Positions 21,521-31,295 of a stretch of DNA of 64,000 bases are shown in pieces (the stretch's first letter is position 1; every line of letters starts with the position of its first letter). The stretch is from NCBI GenBank assembly GCA_963663865.1, contig OY760686.1, positions 864,001-928,000 of the forward strand, written 5' to 3'. A program made the translations under genes and the position numbers. The notes under the pieces are model-generated. The model searched no databases and had not been told where the DNA came from. It was given only the letters and a program-made list of their open reading frames with translations. Source of the DNA: Spirochaetota bacterium (GTDB taxonomy: Bacteria; Spirochaetota; UBA4802; UBA5550).

Positions 21521-22018
21521 TTATTTCAAAGGTTTTTCGATAATTTTACTGGTTGAATACAGTAGTGCGGTTTCTCCGCATTTGTCTCTGCTGGGACAGT
21601 TAAGGCAGTCTTTCCATATTTTTTCTGGCAGCATTCCCTTTGGGATTTCGATAAATCCGTTTTTTTTAAAAAAAATTGGTGAGTATGATAATGCAAAAAT
21701 TCTCGATTTAGACGTCTGAGATATTTCATTTATCATTGCTTTTACAAGTCGGGAACCTAAACCCTGGGTTTTGAAATCACTATGAACAGCGAGAGTTCTA
21801 AGTTCTATTAGTCCTTGTCCATAATCAAACGATGAAATGCAACCGATTGTTTCATAGTCATATTCTGCAATAATAAATGAATTCAGCATGGAATCAATCT
21901 CGCTTACAGATCTTTCTAATATAAGACCTTCCAGAGCATAGTGATGAACCAGCTTGTATATAGACTCAGCTTCACCTGGAAAAGGTTTTCTAATAAAAAC
22001 AAAGTTAGGAAGGGGCAT
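21521..22018 (-). CDS. GNAT N-acetyltransferase, short ArgA-like
   Basis: YALEGLILERS, IELRTLAV, QGLGSRLV, FFKKNGF, LPEKIWKDCLNCP..CGETA; start 22018 preferred over track 22141. Confidence 0.85.
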   Translation of the reverse strand: MPLPNFVFIRKPFPGEAESIYKLVHHYALEGLILERSVSEIDSMLNSFIIAEYDYETIGCISSFDYGQGLIELRTLAVHSDFKTQGLGSRLVKAMINEISQTSKSRIFALSYSPIFFKKNGFIEIPKGMLPEKIWKDCLNCPSRDKCGETALLYSTSKIIEKPLK

Positions 22019-22019
22019 A

Positions 22020-22610
22020 TTAACTAGTTTTCCGGCTAATAATTTGAATGTTAGATTTGAGGCGGCTATCCCCGTATGAGTCAAGTAATTTAAATGCGGA
22101 ATTAGCTGTGTCGAGATTTTTATAAGGACCGGTGTAAACATTAAATTCTTGATCGCCGAATTTTGATAGAATTACGGTATGTCCCTTTCTGCTCAGGAAT
22201 TCGGCAAGCTCTCTGGAACTTGCTCTGTTGTATGTGTTTCCAATCTTTATAACGTATGGATAAGCTGAAGCTGGATATGATTTTTTCAGGGTGTCATCAT
22301 CACCTTTGTCTCTGGCGATAAGATCTGTAACTTTAGTTTTAAGCTGCGAAATGGCATTTTGTGTTGATTTATCTACAATATCTTTATCTTTTCCGCCGGC
22401 AAATTTAATTCCCGTTATCAATCCAGTTGTAAATGAAAGTATTATAAATGCGGTAATAAGAAAGATAAGCCTGCTTGCCTTCTTTTTTACTTTTTCATGA
22501 TCAGATATATGACTTGCTGAATACCTGCTGAAGTACTCAGGGTCTTTTGATTCAAATTGTGGTGGAAAAGATTTTATAGACTGGCCTGAGTAAAAATCAA
22601 AATTCTGCAT
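22020..22610 (-). CDS. membrane-anchored SPOR-domain protein
   Basis: One TM helix; C-terminal YVIKIG...VYTGPY...A SPOR pattern. Confidence 0.7.
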   Translation of the reverse strand: MQNFDFYSGQSIKSFPPQFESKDPEYFSRYSASHISDHEKVKKKASRLIFLITAFIILSFTTGLITGIKFAGGKDKDIVDKSTQNAISQLKTKVTDLIARDKGDDDTLKKSYPASAYPYVIKIGNTYNRASSRELAEFLSRKGHTVILSKFGDQEFNVYTGPYKNLDTANSAFKLLDSYGDSRLKSNIQIISRKTS

Positions 22611-22635
22611 CCCGGAAACCCCGATGTATAAAAAG

Positions 22636-22668
22636 TTAAAGACAGCGGACTTAGACCGCTGTCTTTAA
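22636..22668 (-). terminator. intrinsic terminator after serA
   Basis: Perfect 13-bp inverted repeat ttaaagacagcgg-N7-ccgctgtctttaa with T-run on minus strand. Confidence 0.75.
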
Positions 22669-22718
22669 TGCCTGTAATACTAATTTCGGCTAATTGTCTG
22701 TCGGGATTCAGTAAAAAA

Positions 22719-23879
22719 TTATAGAACTCTTACCATAACAACACCTGAAATCTTTTTTAACAAGTCTATAACGCTACTGTCAATTTCACTGTCGATATCA
22801 ATGATGTTGTAAGCATATTCACCCCTGCTTTTATTCAAATACTCACTGATGTTAATTCCTGCATTTGCCAGTATAGGAGTAATTTGACCTATTATGTTAG
22901 GGATGTTTTTATTTGCGATAGTAATTCTTTTTAAACCTTTCTTCTCACTGGAGCAGTCCGGGAAATTTACAGAATTCGTAATATTTCCATTCTCGAGATA
23001 GTCCATTATTTGATTAACAGCCATGACCGCGCAGTTATCCTCCGCTTCAGGTGTTGAAGCGCCGAGATGAGGTATTGGAATAACACTTTCAAACTTCATA
23101 ATGTCATCAGTAGGGAAGTCCGTCACATATTTGCCTATGGTTTCATTCTCAAGAGCTTGTACCAGTGAGGGGTTATCGACAAGTTCGCCCCTTGCGAAAT
23201 TGAGTAAAATTACTCCCTTTTTCATCATGGAAAACTTTTCTTTGTTAATAAAGCCCTTAGTTGCATCAATGAGAGGCAAATTAAGGCTGACATAATCAGC
23301 ATTCGCAAGAAGACTTTCAAGACTTGAAGTATACTTTACCCTGTTGGAAATTCTCCAGGCTGAAGCGACAGAGATATACGGATCATATCCGGTAACGTCC
23401 ATGCCGAGAGCTGCTGCGTCATTGGCAATTTTAACACCGATAGCACCAAGACCAATTACGGCCAGCTTTTTGCCCATTATCTCATTGCCGACAAAGTTAG
23501 ATTTGTTTTTTTCAACCAGATTTTTAACTTCGCTTCCTTTTCCCTCAAGAGTTTTTGTCCAGCAGATTCCCTGATAGACATTTCGTGAAGCGAGCAGCAT
23601 TCCAAGGATGACAAGTTCTTTAACAGCATTTGCATTTGCGCCAGGTGTGTTGAAAACAACAATCCCTTTTTCTGAACATTTGTCTATTGGAATGTTGTTA
23701 ACTCCTGCTCCAGCTCTGGCAACAGCTTTTAGGGAAGACGGTATCTCCATATCATGCATATTGTAGCTTCTGAGAAGTACGCCGTCAGGATCAGTAACCT
23801 TGTCAGAGAAACTGAAGTTTTCAGAAAACAGGTCTGTTCCGACCTCCGATATCCGGTTTAATGTTAGTATATTGAACAT
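22719..23879 (-). CDS. serA: D-3-phosphoglycerate dehydrogenase (with ACT domain)
   Basis: ARAGAGVNNI, NTPGANANAV, GLGAIG, NFARG, PHLGASTPEA; follows serC. Confidence 0.95.
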   Translation of the reverse strand: MFNILTLNRISEVGTDLFSENFSFSDKVTDPDGVLLRSYNMHDMEIPSSLKAVARAGAGVNNIPIDKCSEKGIVVFNTPGANANAVKELVILGMLLASRNVYQGICWTKTLEGKGSEVKNLVEKNKSNFVGNEIMGKKLAVIGLGAIGVKIANDAAALGMDVTGYDPYISVASAWRISNRVKYTSSLESLLANADYVSLNLPLIDATKGFINKEKFSMMKKGVILLNFARGELVDNPSLVQALENETIGKYVTDFPTDDIMKFESVIPIPHLGASTPEAEDNCAVMAVNQIMDYLENGNITNSVNFPDCSSEKKGLKRITIANKNIPNIIGQITPILANAGINISEYLNKSRGEYAYNIIDIDSEIDSSVIDLLKKISGVVMVRVL

Positions 23880-23888
23880 TGTTTGCTC

Positions 23889-24971
23889 CTATTTATGGTT
23901 TGATTCGAAATCTTTCATGAATTCTACAAGCTTCTGAACTCCTTCAATCGGCATTGAGTTGTAGATGCTTGCGCGCATTCCACCTACAGAGCGGTGTCCT
24001 TTAAGATTTACCAGTCCTGATTTGGTGGCTGTTGAGATGAATTCTTTATCAATATCTTCTGAGCCTGTAACAAAGGGGACATTCATTAAAGAACGGTCTT
24101 CTTTTACGACAGTTCCTTTAAAAAGGCCTGAATTATCAATAAAATCGTAGAGCATAGAGGCTTTAGTTCTGTTTTGTTCTTCGACTGCTTTTAAACCTCC
24201 GAGATCTCTAATCCATTCGAAAACAAGTTTGGCTATATATATTCCATAAGTCGGAGGGGTATTATAGAGAGATTTGTTTTCGTCGTGGATTTGATAATTC
24301 AACATAGTTGGAGTGATATCCATTGCTTTTCCAATAAGATCTTTTCTGATAATAACAACAGTGACTCCAGCTGGACCTATATTCTTTTGAGCGCCCGCAA
24401 AAATTAAACCGAACTTGCTAACGTCTATTTGCTCGGAAAGAATATTTGAAGACATATCGGCAACCAGAGGCACATCGCCAGTGTCTGGAAATGTTGTGTA
24501 TTTTGTGCCATAAATTGTATTATTTGCACAAATATAGAAAAAATCCGCATCCTTGCTGAAGGTTGAACTGTCAAGCTTGGGAATGTAGGTAAATGTCTTA
24601 TCCTCAGATGAGGCCAGTATGTTTACTGTACCGTATCTTTTCATTTCTGAAATAGCTTTCTTTGTCCATGCTCCGGTGTGAACCAGGTCACATTTCTTCG
24701 ATGACGCAAAAAGATTAAGAGGTATCATGGCAAACTGTGTTGAGGCTCCACCCTGAAGAAAGAGGACAGAATAATTCTCTGGGATATTGAGTATCTCTCT
24801 TAACAGAGATTCTGCTTGTTCAATAATGGCCTCAAAGGGTTTTGACCTGTGACTCATTTCCATAACGGACATACCGGCATCGCCGTATTCAACAAGTTCA
24901 GATGCAGCCTTTTTTAATACTGATTCCGGGAGAACTGCGGGACCCGCTGAAAAATTATAAACTCGAGACAT
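23889..24971 (-). CDS. serC: phosphoserine aminotransferase
   Basis: NFSAGPA, EMSHRS, GGAS, DMSS, GAQKNIG (PLP Lys), GHRSVGGMRASIYN. Confidence 0.98.
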   Translation of the reverse strand: MSRVYNFSAGPAVLPESVLKKAASELVEYGDAGMSVMEMSHRSKPFEAIIEQAESLLREILNIPENYSVLFLQGGASTQFAMIPLNLFASSKKCDLVHTGAWTKKAISEMKRYGTVNILASSEDKTFTYIPKLDSSTFSKDADFFYICANNTIYGTKYTTFPDTGDVPLVADMSSNILSEQIDVSKFGLIFAGAQKNIGPAGVTVVIIRKDLIGKAMDITPTMLNYQIHDENKSLYNTPPTYGIYIAKLVFEWIRDLGGLKAVEEQNRTKASMLYDFIDNSGLFKGTVVKEDRSLMNVPFVTGSEDIDKEFISTATKSGLVNLKGHRSVGGMRASIYNSMPIEGVQKLVEFMKDFESNHK

Positions 24972-25261
24972 GGTGACTCTCCTGATTATTTTTAATATAA
25001 TGGCGCAATGATTAGTTAACAGCCATATAAGAAAATATGGCTGAACATATATTTAATTACCATTAAATTGGCTATTATTTTTTCAATAAAATTAGTAATA
25101 ATTGGCCGTTGACGATCATTGTACGAATGCAAAAAGTAATTGGATTTAAGCTAAATTCCATTAGAATATTTATATTTGTAATGTTTAAAAGTATAGGGAT
25201 TGTCATTTGAGAAAATTTGTACAACTCTTAATTGAATTATAAATTTCTTGATAAAAAGAAC

Positions 25262-25285
25262 ATCGTGGAGTGATCGTGGAGTGAT
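25262..25285. repeat. 11-bp tandem direct repeat in divergent promoter region
   Basis: atcgtggagtg x2 plus at, GC-rich within a very AT-rich intergenic region. Confidence 0.85.
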
Positions 25286-25394
25286 AAATAAATATAATTG
25301 AACATGAATTTGACTTTACATCTAAAGTTGCAGTTAGTGACATATTCTAATATTTCTATTTTAATTCATAAATTTGAAATCTCAGGTGAAGGCA

Positions 25395-26624
25395 ATGGCA
25401 AAAATCAAACCATTTAATGCATTAAGACCGATATCGGAATTTGCGGAGAAGGTGGCGGCTCTGCCCTACGATGTTGTAAGCACAGAAGAGGCCAGAGAGA
25501 TAGCGAAAGATAACAGGTATAGTTTTTTCCATGTCAGTAAACCGGAAATAGATATGCAGGACAATGTAGATCCATATTGTGAGGAGGTTTATTCGGCAGG
25601 AAAAGCTGCACTTCGAACATTTATTGAAGAAGGCGTTTTAAAAGCTGATAATAAGCCCTCATTGTATCTTTATAGCCAGAAGATGGGAGAAAGGGAGCAG
25701 ACTGGCATTGTTGCATGTGTAAGCATTGATGATTATATCGAAAACCGCGTAAAAAAACATGAACTTACTCGTGAAGACAAGGAGCTTGATAGAACCAGAC
25801 ATCTTGATACAGTAAATGCCAACACTGGACCGGTCTTTATGCTTTTTAAAAGCGATTCAAGAAAAAACAAATTGATTGAAAGGTCCAGGGTTATACAGCC
25901 TGTATATGACTTTGTAGCCGATGATGGTGTCAGGCATACTGTCAGGGTTATAAATGACCAGGAACTTATAGACAGCTTTGTGGAAATCATGGAGGCAGAA
26001 GAACTTTATATTGCTGACGGACATCATCGGGCGGCTTCAGCTGTGCGTGTTGGAAAGCAGAGAAGACAGAATGCCGTCTCATATAGCGGGGACGAAGAGT
26101 ATAACTTTTTTCTTTCTGTCCTCTTCCCGCATTCTGATTTGAAAATTATGGCCTATAACAGGGCAGTCAGGGATCTCAATGGACGGACTCCCTCTTCTTT
26201 CCTCGACGAGGTCTCTGCTGGCTTTGAAGTTTTCAAAACAGGAAAATCAATTCCTACGGAAGAAAAAGAAATATCTGTCTATCTGGATTCAGAATGGTAC
26301 ACATTAAGGCCGAAAGGAGCTATCCCGTCAGACCCTGTTGAGTCGCTGGATGTGCGCATTCTGCAGGATAGAATTCTTGATCCCATTCTTGGAATAAATG
26401 ATCCACGGAAGGATAGCAGAATAAGTTTTATTGGCGGCATTAGAGGTGCCTTAGAACTTGAGAAGCTGGTAAACTCGGGAAAGTACGCGGTAGCCTTCTC
26501 AATGTATCCTACAACGATCGAACAGTTGATTAGTGTGTCAGACGCTGGCTTGATAATGCCGCCAAAATCTACGTGGTTTGAACCCAAACTCAGAAGCGGT
26601 TTGTTTGTCCATCTTTTAGACTGA
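25395..26624 (+). CDS. DUF1015 family protein (ParB/Srx-like motif)
   Basis: ALPYDV, KKHELTR, YIADGHHRAASA, MPPKSTWFEPKLRSGL. Confidence 0.92.
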   Translation: MAKIKPFNALRPISEFAEKVAALPYDVVSTEEAREIAKDNRYSFFHVSKPEIDMQDNVDPYCEEVYSAGKAALRTFIEEGVLKADNKPSLYLYSQKMGEREQTGIVACVSIDDYIENRVKKHELTREDKELDRTRHLDTVNANTGPVFMLFKSDSRKNKLIERSRVIQPVYDFVADDGVRHTVRVINDQELIDSFVEIMEAEELYIADGHHRAASAVRVGKQRRQNAVSYSGDEEYNFFLSVLFPHSDLKIMAYNRAVRDLNGRTPSSFLDEVSAGFEVFKTGKSIPTEEKEISVYLDSEWYTLRPKGAIPSDPVESLDVRILQDRILDPILGINDPRKDSRISFIGGIRGALELEKLVNSGKYAVAFSMYPTTIEQLISVSDAGLIMPPKSTWFEPKLRSGLFVHLLD

Positions 26625-26628
26625 TTTT

Positions 26629-27363
26629 TCAGCTGTTCATAAGAACAAGGTCTTTTAACTTCAGAATTTCCTTTTCTTTGAGGAGCCGGATATCGCCCTT
26701 ATTGATTCCTTTTACTGTAAGCGGCCCGTATCCGGTTCTTTTAAGGTATGTAACTTTATAGCCGAAGTTTTTGAAGGTGTATCGAATCTGACGTTTTTTG
26801 CCTTCCGAAATAGTTATCTTCACACGCTTCCCGATAAGATCAGTTTTTTGTATCGAGCATTTTCTTGTTTTAAGTTTTAACTGATGCAGGAATATCCCTT
26901 TTTTAATCTTTTTAAGGTGAGCGTCATCAAGCGGTTTATCAAGCTCAACAATGTACTCCTTTTGTACTTCAAATTCTGGATGGGTAAGCCGGTGTGCCAT
27001 TTCTCCGTCATTCGTCAGAAGAAGAAGCCCCTCTGTGTCTTTATCGAGTCTACCCACTGGGAAAACACCGGCGCGGATATACTTATCCGGGATCATCTGC
27101 ATCACTGTTGGCCTGTTTTTCTCATCCATCGTTGTTGTGATGTAGTTTTTTGGTTTGTTAAGGACTATATAGTATAGTCTCTCAAGCTGGCTGATGTTCT
27201 TTCCATCCAGTTGTACAACATCTATTTCCGTATTGACCTGAGTTGAAAGCCTGGTAATAACTGTTTTATTTATGGAAATACGCCCGCTTGAAATGTAATC
27301 TTCAACCTTGCGTCTTGACCCAAGGCCGCATTGGGACAGGTATTTATTCAGCCTTATCTGCAT
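26629..27363 (-). CDS. rRNA pseudouridine synthase (RluB/RsuA family)
   Basis: S4-like RLNKYLS..SRRK, PVGRLDKDTEGLLLLTNDG, EGKKRQIR. Confidence 0.95.
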   Translation of the reverse strand: MQIRLNKYLSQCGLGSRRKVEDYISSGRISINKTVITRLSTQVNTEIDVVQLDGKNISQLERLYYIVLNKPKNYITTTMDEKNRPTVMQMIPDKYIRAGVFPVGRLDKDTEGLLLLTNDGEMAHRLTHPEFEVQKEYIVELDKPLDDAHLKKIKKGIFLHQLKLKTRKCSIQKTDLIGKRVKITISEGKKRQIRYTFKNFGYKVTYLKRTGYGPLTVKGINKGDIRLLKEKEILKLKDLVLMNS

Positions 27364-28102
27364 CAGCGTTTTCCTCTGGTGATTGGGCTGCCGGTTCTCC
27401 AGCCTTTTCAGTAATGTCTAATTCATTGCTTATCTTCTTAAATTCAGTTTCATTTTTTTCATTTACGCTGAAGAGGCAGTAAGTGCGGCCTCTTTTCACG
27501 TACTTCATCTGAGTATTGAAGGTAGTTCCTTTGTCGAAGGATATCATGGAGTTTGTTGAATCGATTGAGTAAAGCCCGTCAATTGCGTTTTTCTCATGAT
27601 CTCTATAGTATGATTTGTATTTGCTGTTTTCAAATAATTCAAGAACCTGATTTGTGAATGTGTCCTGGCTGTTGACACTCCACCATTTCCCATGGAGTTC
27701 TTTCTTAAGGGTTTCAGCATCCTTTTCAGCCAGCTCTTTTAGAAGTGTGTCAGCGTTGCCTGATGATGAATCTACCAACTTCAGACTGGATCCGTAAATC
27801 CATCCTGTAGTTTTATTTTTCATTTTTATATGGTACCAGTAATCTGCTTTGGACCCCACCCAGGATTTTTCAGCTGACCTTTCAATGATACTTACCATTT
27901 CCCCTCTTTCAAGCTCTGTGACTCTTGCTGAAAAAAGCAAGGGGGATATTCTGACATAGGCGTAGGGACTGTGGATGATGGCTGTCTGGTATTCAGTTTC
28001 TTTATGCTGATGTACGGTACTGTCATTTTCCTTTTTGCAGGATAAAACTGCCGTGGTTAATATTACAAGCAGAAATATTAAGCTTGAAATTGAATATCTC
28101 AT
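27344..28102 (-). CDS. SH3b-domain lipoprotein
   Basis: Lipobox AVLS-C after MRYSISSLIF; VRISP...WYHIK...GWIYG SH3b pattern. Confidence 0.75.
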   Translation of the reverse strand: MRYSISSLIFLLVILTTAVLSCKKENDSTVHQHKETEYQTAIIHSPYAYVRISPLLFSARVTELERGEMVSIIERSAEKSWVGSKADYWYHIKMKNKTTGWIYGSSLKLVDSSSGNADTLLKELAEKDAETLKKELHGKWWSVNSQDTFTNQVLELFENSKYKSYYRDHEKNAIDGLYSIDSTNSMISFDKGTTFNTQMKYVKRGRTYCLFSVNEKNETEFKKISNELDITEKAGEPAAQSPEENADADKAE

Positions 28103-28211
28103 GTTACCGCCGCTTATTTGATGATCATTGTTGATGAATGACATTAAGTTTCATGCCTGTTTTTTTCAAGTTATTTCTCATTTCACTTAAGCTGAAGGGA
28201 GTGAATTACTG

Positions 28212-28241
28212 TTGACGTGTTCATCTCATTCACAATAAAAT
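28212..28241 (+). promoter_or_regulatory. putative sigma70 promoter of amidase gene
   Basis: TTGACG-N18-TAAAAT. Confidence 0.5.
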
Positions 28242-28269
28242 AGTATTTTAGTGCTTTTGAGAGGGGATT

Positions 28270-29406
28270 TTGAAAAAAAATCTGTCAATAATATTGCTTT
28301 TTTCGTTTTTTACACAGATCTCTGCTTTTGAGAGATTCAACACGGTTTCAGTCGGCAGCGATAAAGCAAAATATATTTCTTACCGCGAATACATAATGAG
28401 GCCGGGAACTCAGTTCCGCTATGACCAGGTTATGGAGAGGCTGGTATTGTATTACAGAGGCCACATGTCTGTAATACTAATTAATCATAATGTTATACTG
28501 GTTGATGGCAGTGTTTTACGTTCTGATTTCCCGGTAATACGCAAAAAAGGAGATATTCTTATTCCATACGATGTTGCAAAACAGCTGTCAGATTGTCTTT
28601 ATGGCGCTGGTGTGGCAAACCGGGATGGGCCGACCGATGAAAACACTAAGGATGGCAGGACGGAAATTGCAAGAGATACAAAAAATGATGAAATCAAATT
28701 CATAATTATTGATCCCGGTCATGGTGGTAAGGATCCCGGGGCTGTATCCGGGAAAAAAATTTATGAAAAGAATATTGTTCTGGATGTTTCAAGGCTGGTA
28801 GCTGAAAGACTGAAGAAAGGCCTAAAGGGTATTAAGGTGGTTTTAACCAGGAACACTGATGTTTTCATAGAACTTGACAGAAGGACTGAGATTGCAAATT
28901 CCAGGCTTAACAGAAATGAAAACGGAATATTTGTCAGTATACATGCCAATGCCTCTCTGTCTCCAAAAATTGCTGGGTATGAGACCTATTACCTGTCACA
29001 GAATCCCAGCAATGATGATGCAAGAAACACTGCTGCTCTTGAGAACAATGTTGTAGTTCTTGAAAAAAAGCAGGGCGCTTTAAAGTATGGCGATATTGAC
29101 TATATTGAAGCCAGGATGATGACTACGCAAATTCAGAAGGAGAGCCGGCTTCTCGCGGAAAGTATACAAACTGGAATGAGAAAAAGGCTTGTCCCGAGCC
29201 GTTCACTCGGTGTAAAAAAAGCTGATTTTTTCGTTTTAAGGGGGGCGTTAATGCCTTCCGCTCTTGTTGAGATTGGTTTTCTGACAAATAGATCAGAATC
29301 TCGAAAACTGCTTCAAAAATCATATCAGAATCAGATTGCGCGAGGTATTTCAGAAGGAATAATGGGTTTTATAGATAAGTATAATAGTAAGATACTTCAA
29401 AAATAA
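28270..29406 (+). CDS. N-acetylmuramoyl-L-alanine amidase (Amidase_3)
   Basis: IDPGHGGKDPGA, EK, SIHANA, LVEIGF; signal peptide; TTG start with GAGGGG SD. Confidence 0.95.
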   Translation: MKKNLSIILLFSFFTQISAFERFNTVSVGSDKAKYISYREYIMRPGTQFRYDQVMERLVLYYRGHMSVILINHNVILVDGSVLRSDFPVIRKKGDILIPYDVAKQLSDCLYGAGVANRDGPTDENTKDGRTEIARDTKNDEIKFIIIDPGHGGKDPGAVSGKKIYEKNIVLDVSRLVAERLKKGLKGIKVVLTRNTDVFIELDRRTEIANSRLNRNENGIFVSIHANASLSPKIAGYETYYLSQNPSNDDARNTAALENNVVVLEKKQGALKYGDIDYIEARMMTTQIQKESRLLAESIQTGMRKRLVPSRSLGVKKADFFVLRGALMPSALVEIGFLTNRSESRKLLQKSYQNQIARGISEGIMGFIDKYNSKILQK

Positions 29407-29473
29407 CTTGATTTTCTGGCACATAGACAAAGATAAGTCTTGAGTATAATCACTGTTAAGGAACAAAAAAATA

Positions 29474-30115
29474 ATGAAAAGAATAATATCAAAAATATAC
29501 AATTCCTTCTCGAGCCTTGTTCGTGGCCTGTGTGATTTTTATAGCACAACAGGCGGATACGTCAATAAAATGAAGGTTGAGATAGTCAATAAGACACCTG
29601 ATGGCAAGCGGTTTCTTCTGTTGTGTATCTCGGCCCTTCTTTTTGCTGATTACCTTATGGTGTCAGTACATGTTGAGAAAAATATTTTCGATTTATTCCC
29701 AGAAATTCCAATACTTGATGAAAAGAGAGATGTGAGTATTTTTCTGCCCGATCCGATGAATGGGGGCATCATTGAAGAGAAGCATTCTATTGGAAAATAT
29801 GAAACTGATGAAGCAAAGACTGTCTTTCTTTTCAACAGGGTTTTGAGAGGTTCGAAATATGAAAACACTTCAAGTGTTGTTCCGGCTGACATGGTAGTGC
29901 GTAATGTATGGATTCAAAAGTCGGGTTCTGAAGCTGGATGCTGTACAATAGACCTTAATGTGACGAGGCTTAAGCAGGGAAGCGTTGTTATACCGGGATC
30001 AGAAAAGCTGTTCCGTGAGGCTTTGCATAAAACAATTGCCGCTAACATTACCGGTGTAAAAAAGACAATGGTTCTTGAACATGGGAATCCTGCAGCGGTT
30101 CTCTGGGAGTTCTAA
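29474..30115 (+). CDS. membrane protein, possibly GerMN-like
   Basis: One TM segment; periplasmic part with TIDL...ALHKTI pattern; amidase-adjacent. Confidence 0.5.
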   Translation: MKRIISKIYNSFSSLVRGLCDFYSTTGGYVNKMKVEIVNKTPDGKRFLLLCISALLFADYLMVSVHVEKNIFDLFPEIPILDEKRDVSIFLPDPMNGGIIEEKHSIGKYETDEAKTVFLFNRVLRGSKYENTSSVVPADMVVRNVWIQKSGSEAGCCTIDLNVTRLKQGSVVIPGSEKLFREALHKTIAANITGVKKTMVLEHGNPAAVLWEF

Positions 30116-30124
30116 GGCTGTAAA

Positions 30125-30964
30125 CTATTCGAGCCAGACTCCATCGTAGACCTCTACCGCCGGACCTGTCAGGTAGACATGGTTGTCGGACTCAGACCAT
30201 TCTGTCTGCAGTTCACCGCCTTTTAGTATTACTTTGATTTTTCTTTCAGTCAAACCATTAAGAGCAGCTGCTACTGTTACAGCTGAAGCGCCAGTGCCGC
30301 ATGCCATTGTTTCACCAGAACCCCTTTCCCAGGTGCGCTGAATTACCACATCCCGGCTTACAATCTGAGCAAACTCAACATTTGTCCTCTGAGGGAAAAG
30401 CTGGTGGTTCTCAATAAAGGGGCCGTATTTTTCCACTGGAAAGTTTTCGACGTCTTCTACGAAAATAACCGCATGGGGATTCCCCATTGATACAGCAGAA
30501 ACGTCGAAATTGATTCCGTCGATTAGTTCAAGAGCTTCATTTAGAACCATACCGGGCTCGCCGATCATAGGAATTTTATCTCTTCGAAGAATTGGTTCAC
30601 CCATATTGACTGTGACGGAATGTGTTTTTCCGTTGCGAATTGAAAGCCGAAGCTCCTTAATGCCGGCAGGAGTTTCAATGCTGATGGCCTTTTTATCTGT
30701 ATGCCCTCTGTCGTGAACATATTTTGCGAAACACCTTATCCCATTCCCGCACATTTCAGCTTCACTTCCGTCCGAGTTAAACATTCTCATACGGAAATCG
30801 GCTTTGTCTGAATTCATGATGAGAATTAGACCGTCTGAACCAGCTCCTTTATGCCTGTCGCTCATGTTGATAGAAAGCTTGTCCGGTCTGTGAACAGGAT
30901 ATTTCCGGTCATCGATAAAGATGTAATCGTTTCCTATTCCGTGCATTTTGGTAAAATGTATCAT
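30125..30964 (-). CDS. dapF: diaminopimelate epimerase
   Basis: FTKMHGIGNDY, MCGNGIRC, GNPH, ERGSGETMACGTGA; start 30964 preferred. Confidence 0.98.
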   Translation of the reverse strand: MIHFTKMHGIGNDYIFIDDRKYPVHRPDKLSINMSDRHKGAGSDGLILIMNSDKADFRMRMFNSDGSEAEMCGNGIRCFAKYVHDRGHTDKKAISIETPAGIKELRLSIRNGKTHSVTVNMGEPILRRDKIPMIGEPGMVLNEALELIDGINFDVSAVSMGNPHAVIFVEDVENFPVEKYGPFIENHQLFPQRTNVEFAQIVSRDVVIQRTWERGSGETMACGTGASAVTVAAALNGLTERKIKVILKGGELQTEWSESDNHVYLTGPAVEVYDGVWLE

Positions 30965-31295
30965 AGCTTTTCTCCGGACGATTGAAAATAGACGGCTATC
31001 TCTATACAGTGCGTAGTGAATTACTCCATAGTATAATTGAATATCCAAACATCAAAAAAGCAATACATAATCAAATAAAAAATTATGCAAATCAATAATA
31101 AGAAAATGTTTGCTCTGAACTATGCAGATTTCCAGGTAATAACAAAAAAACACCGGGTAAAAAAACGCATTATCCGGTTTTCTCCCACTAAAAGCGGTAC
31201 AGAAATTATCAGGGCATAAAATTCTTGCTATTGTTTCGGGATACGAATATTATTGTGTCAGTCTGGAATCTGAACAGGGTACTTACCTTAATACT

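Noticed and set aside
25262-25285. CRISPR or mini-array
   Set aside because: Only two adjacent 11-bp units, no spacers, no cas genes; no arrays seen anywhere in the window
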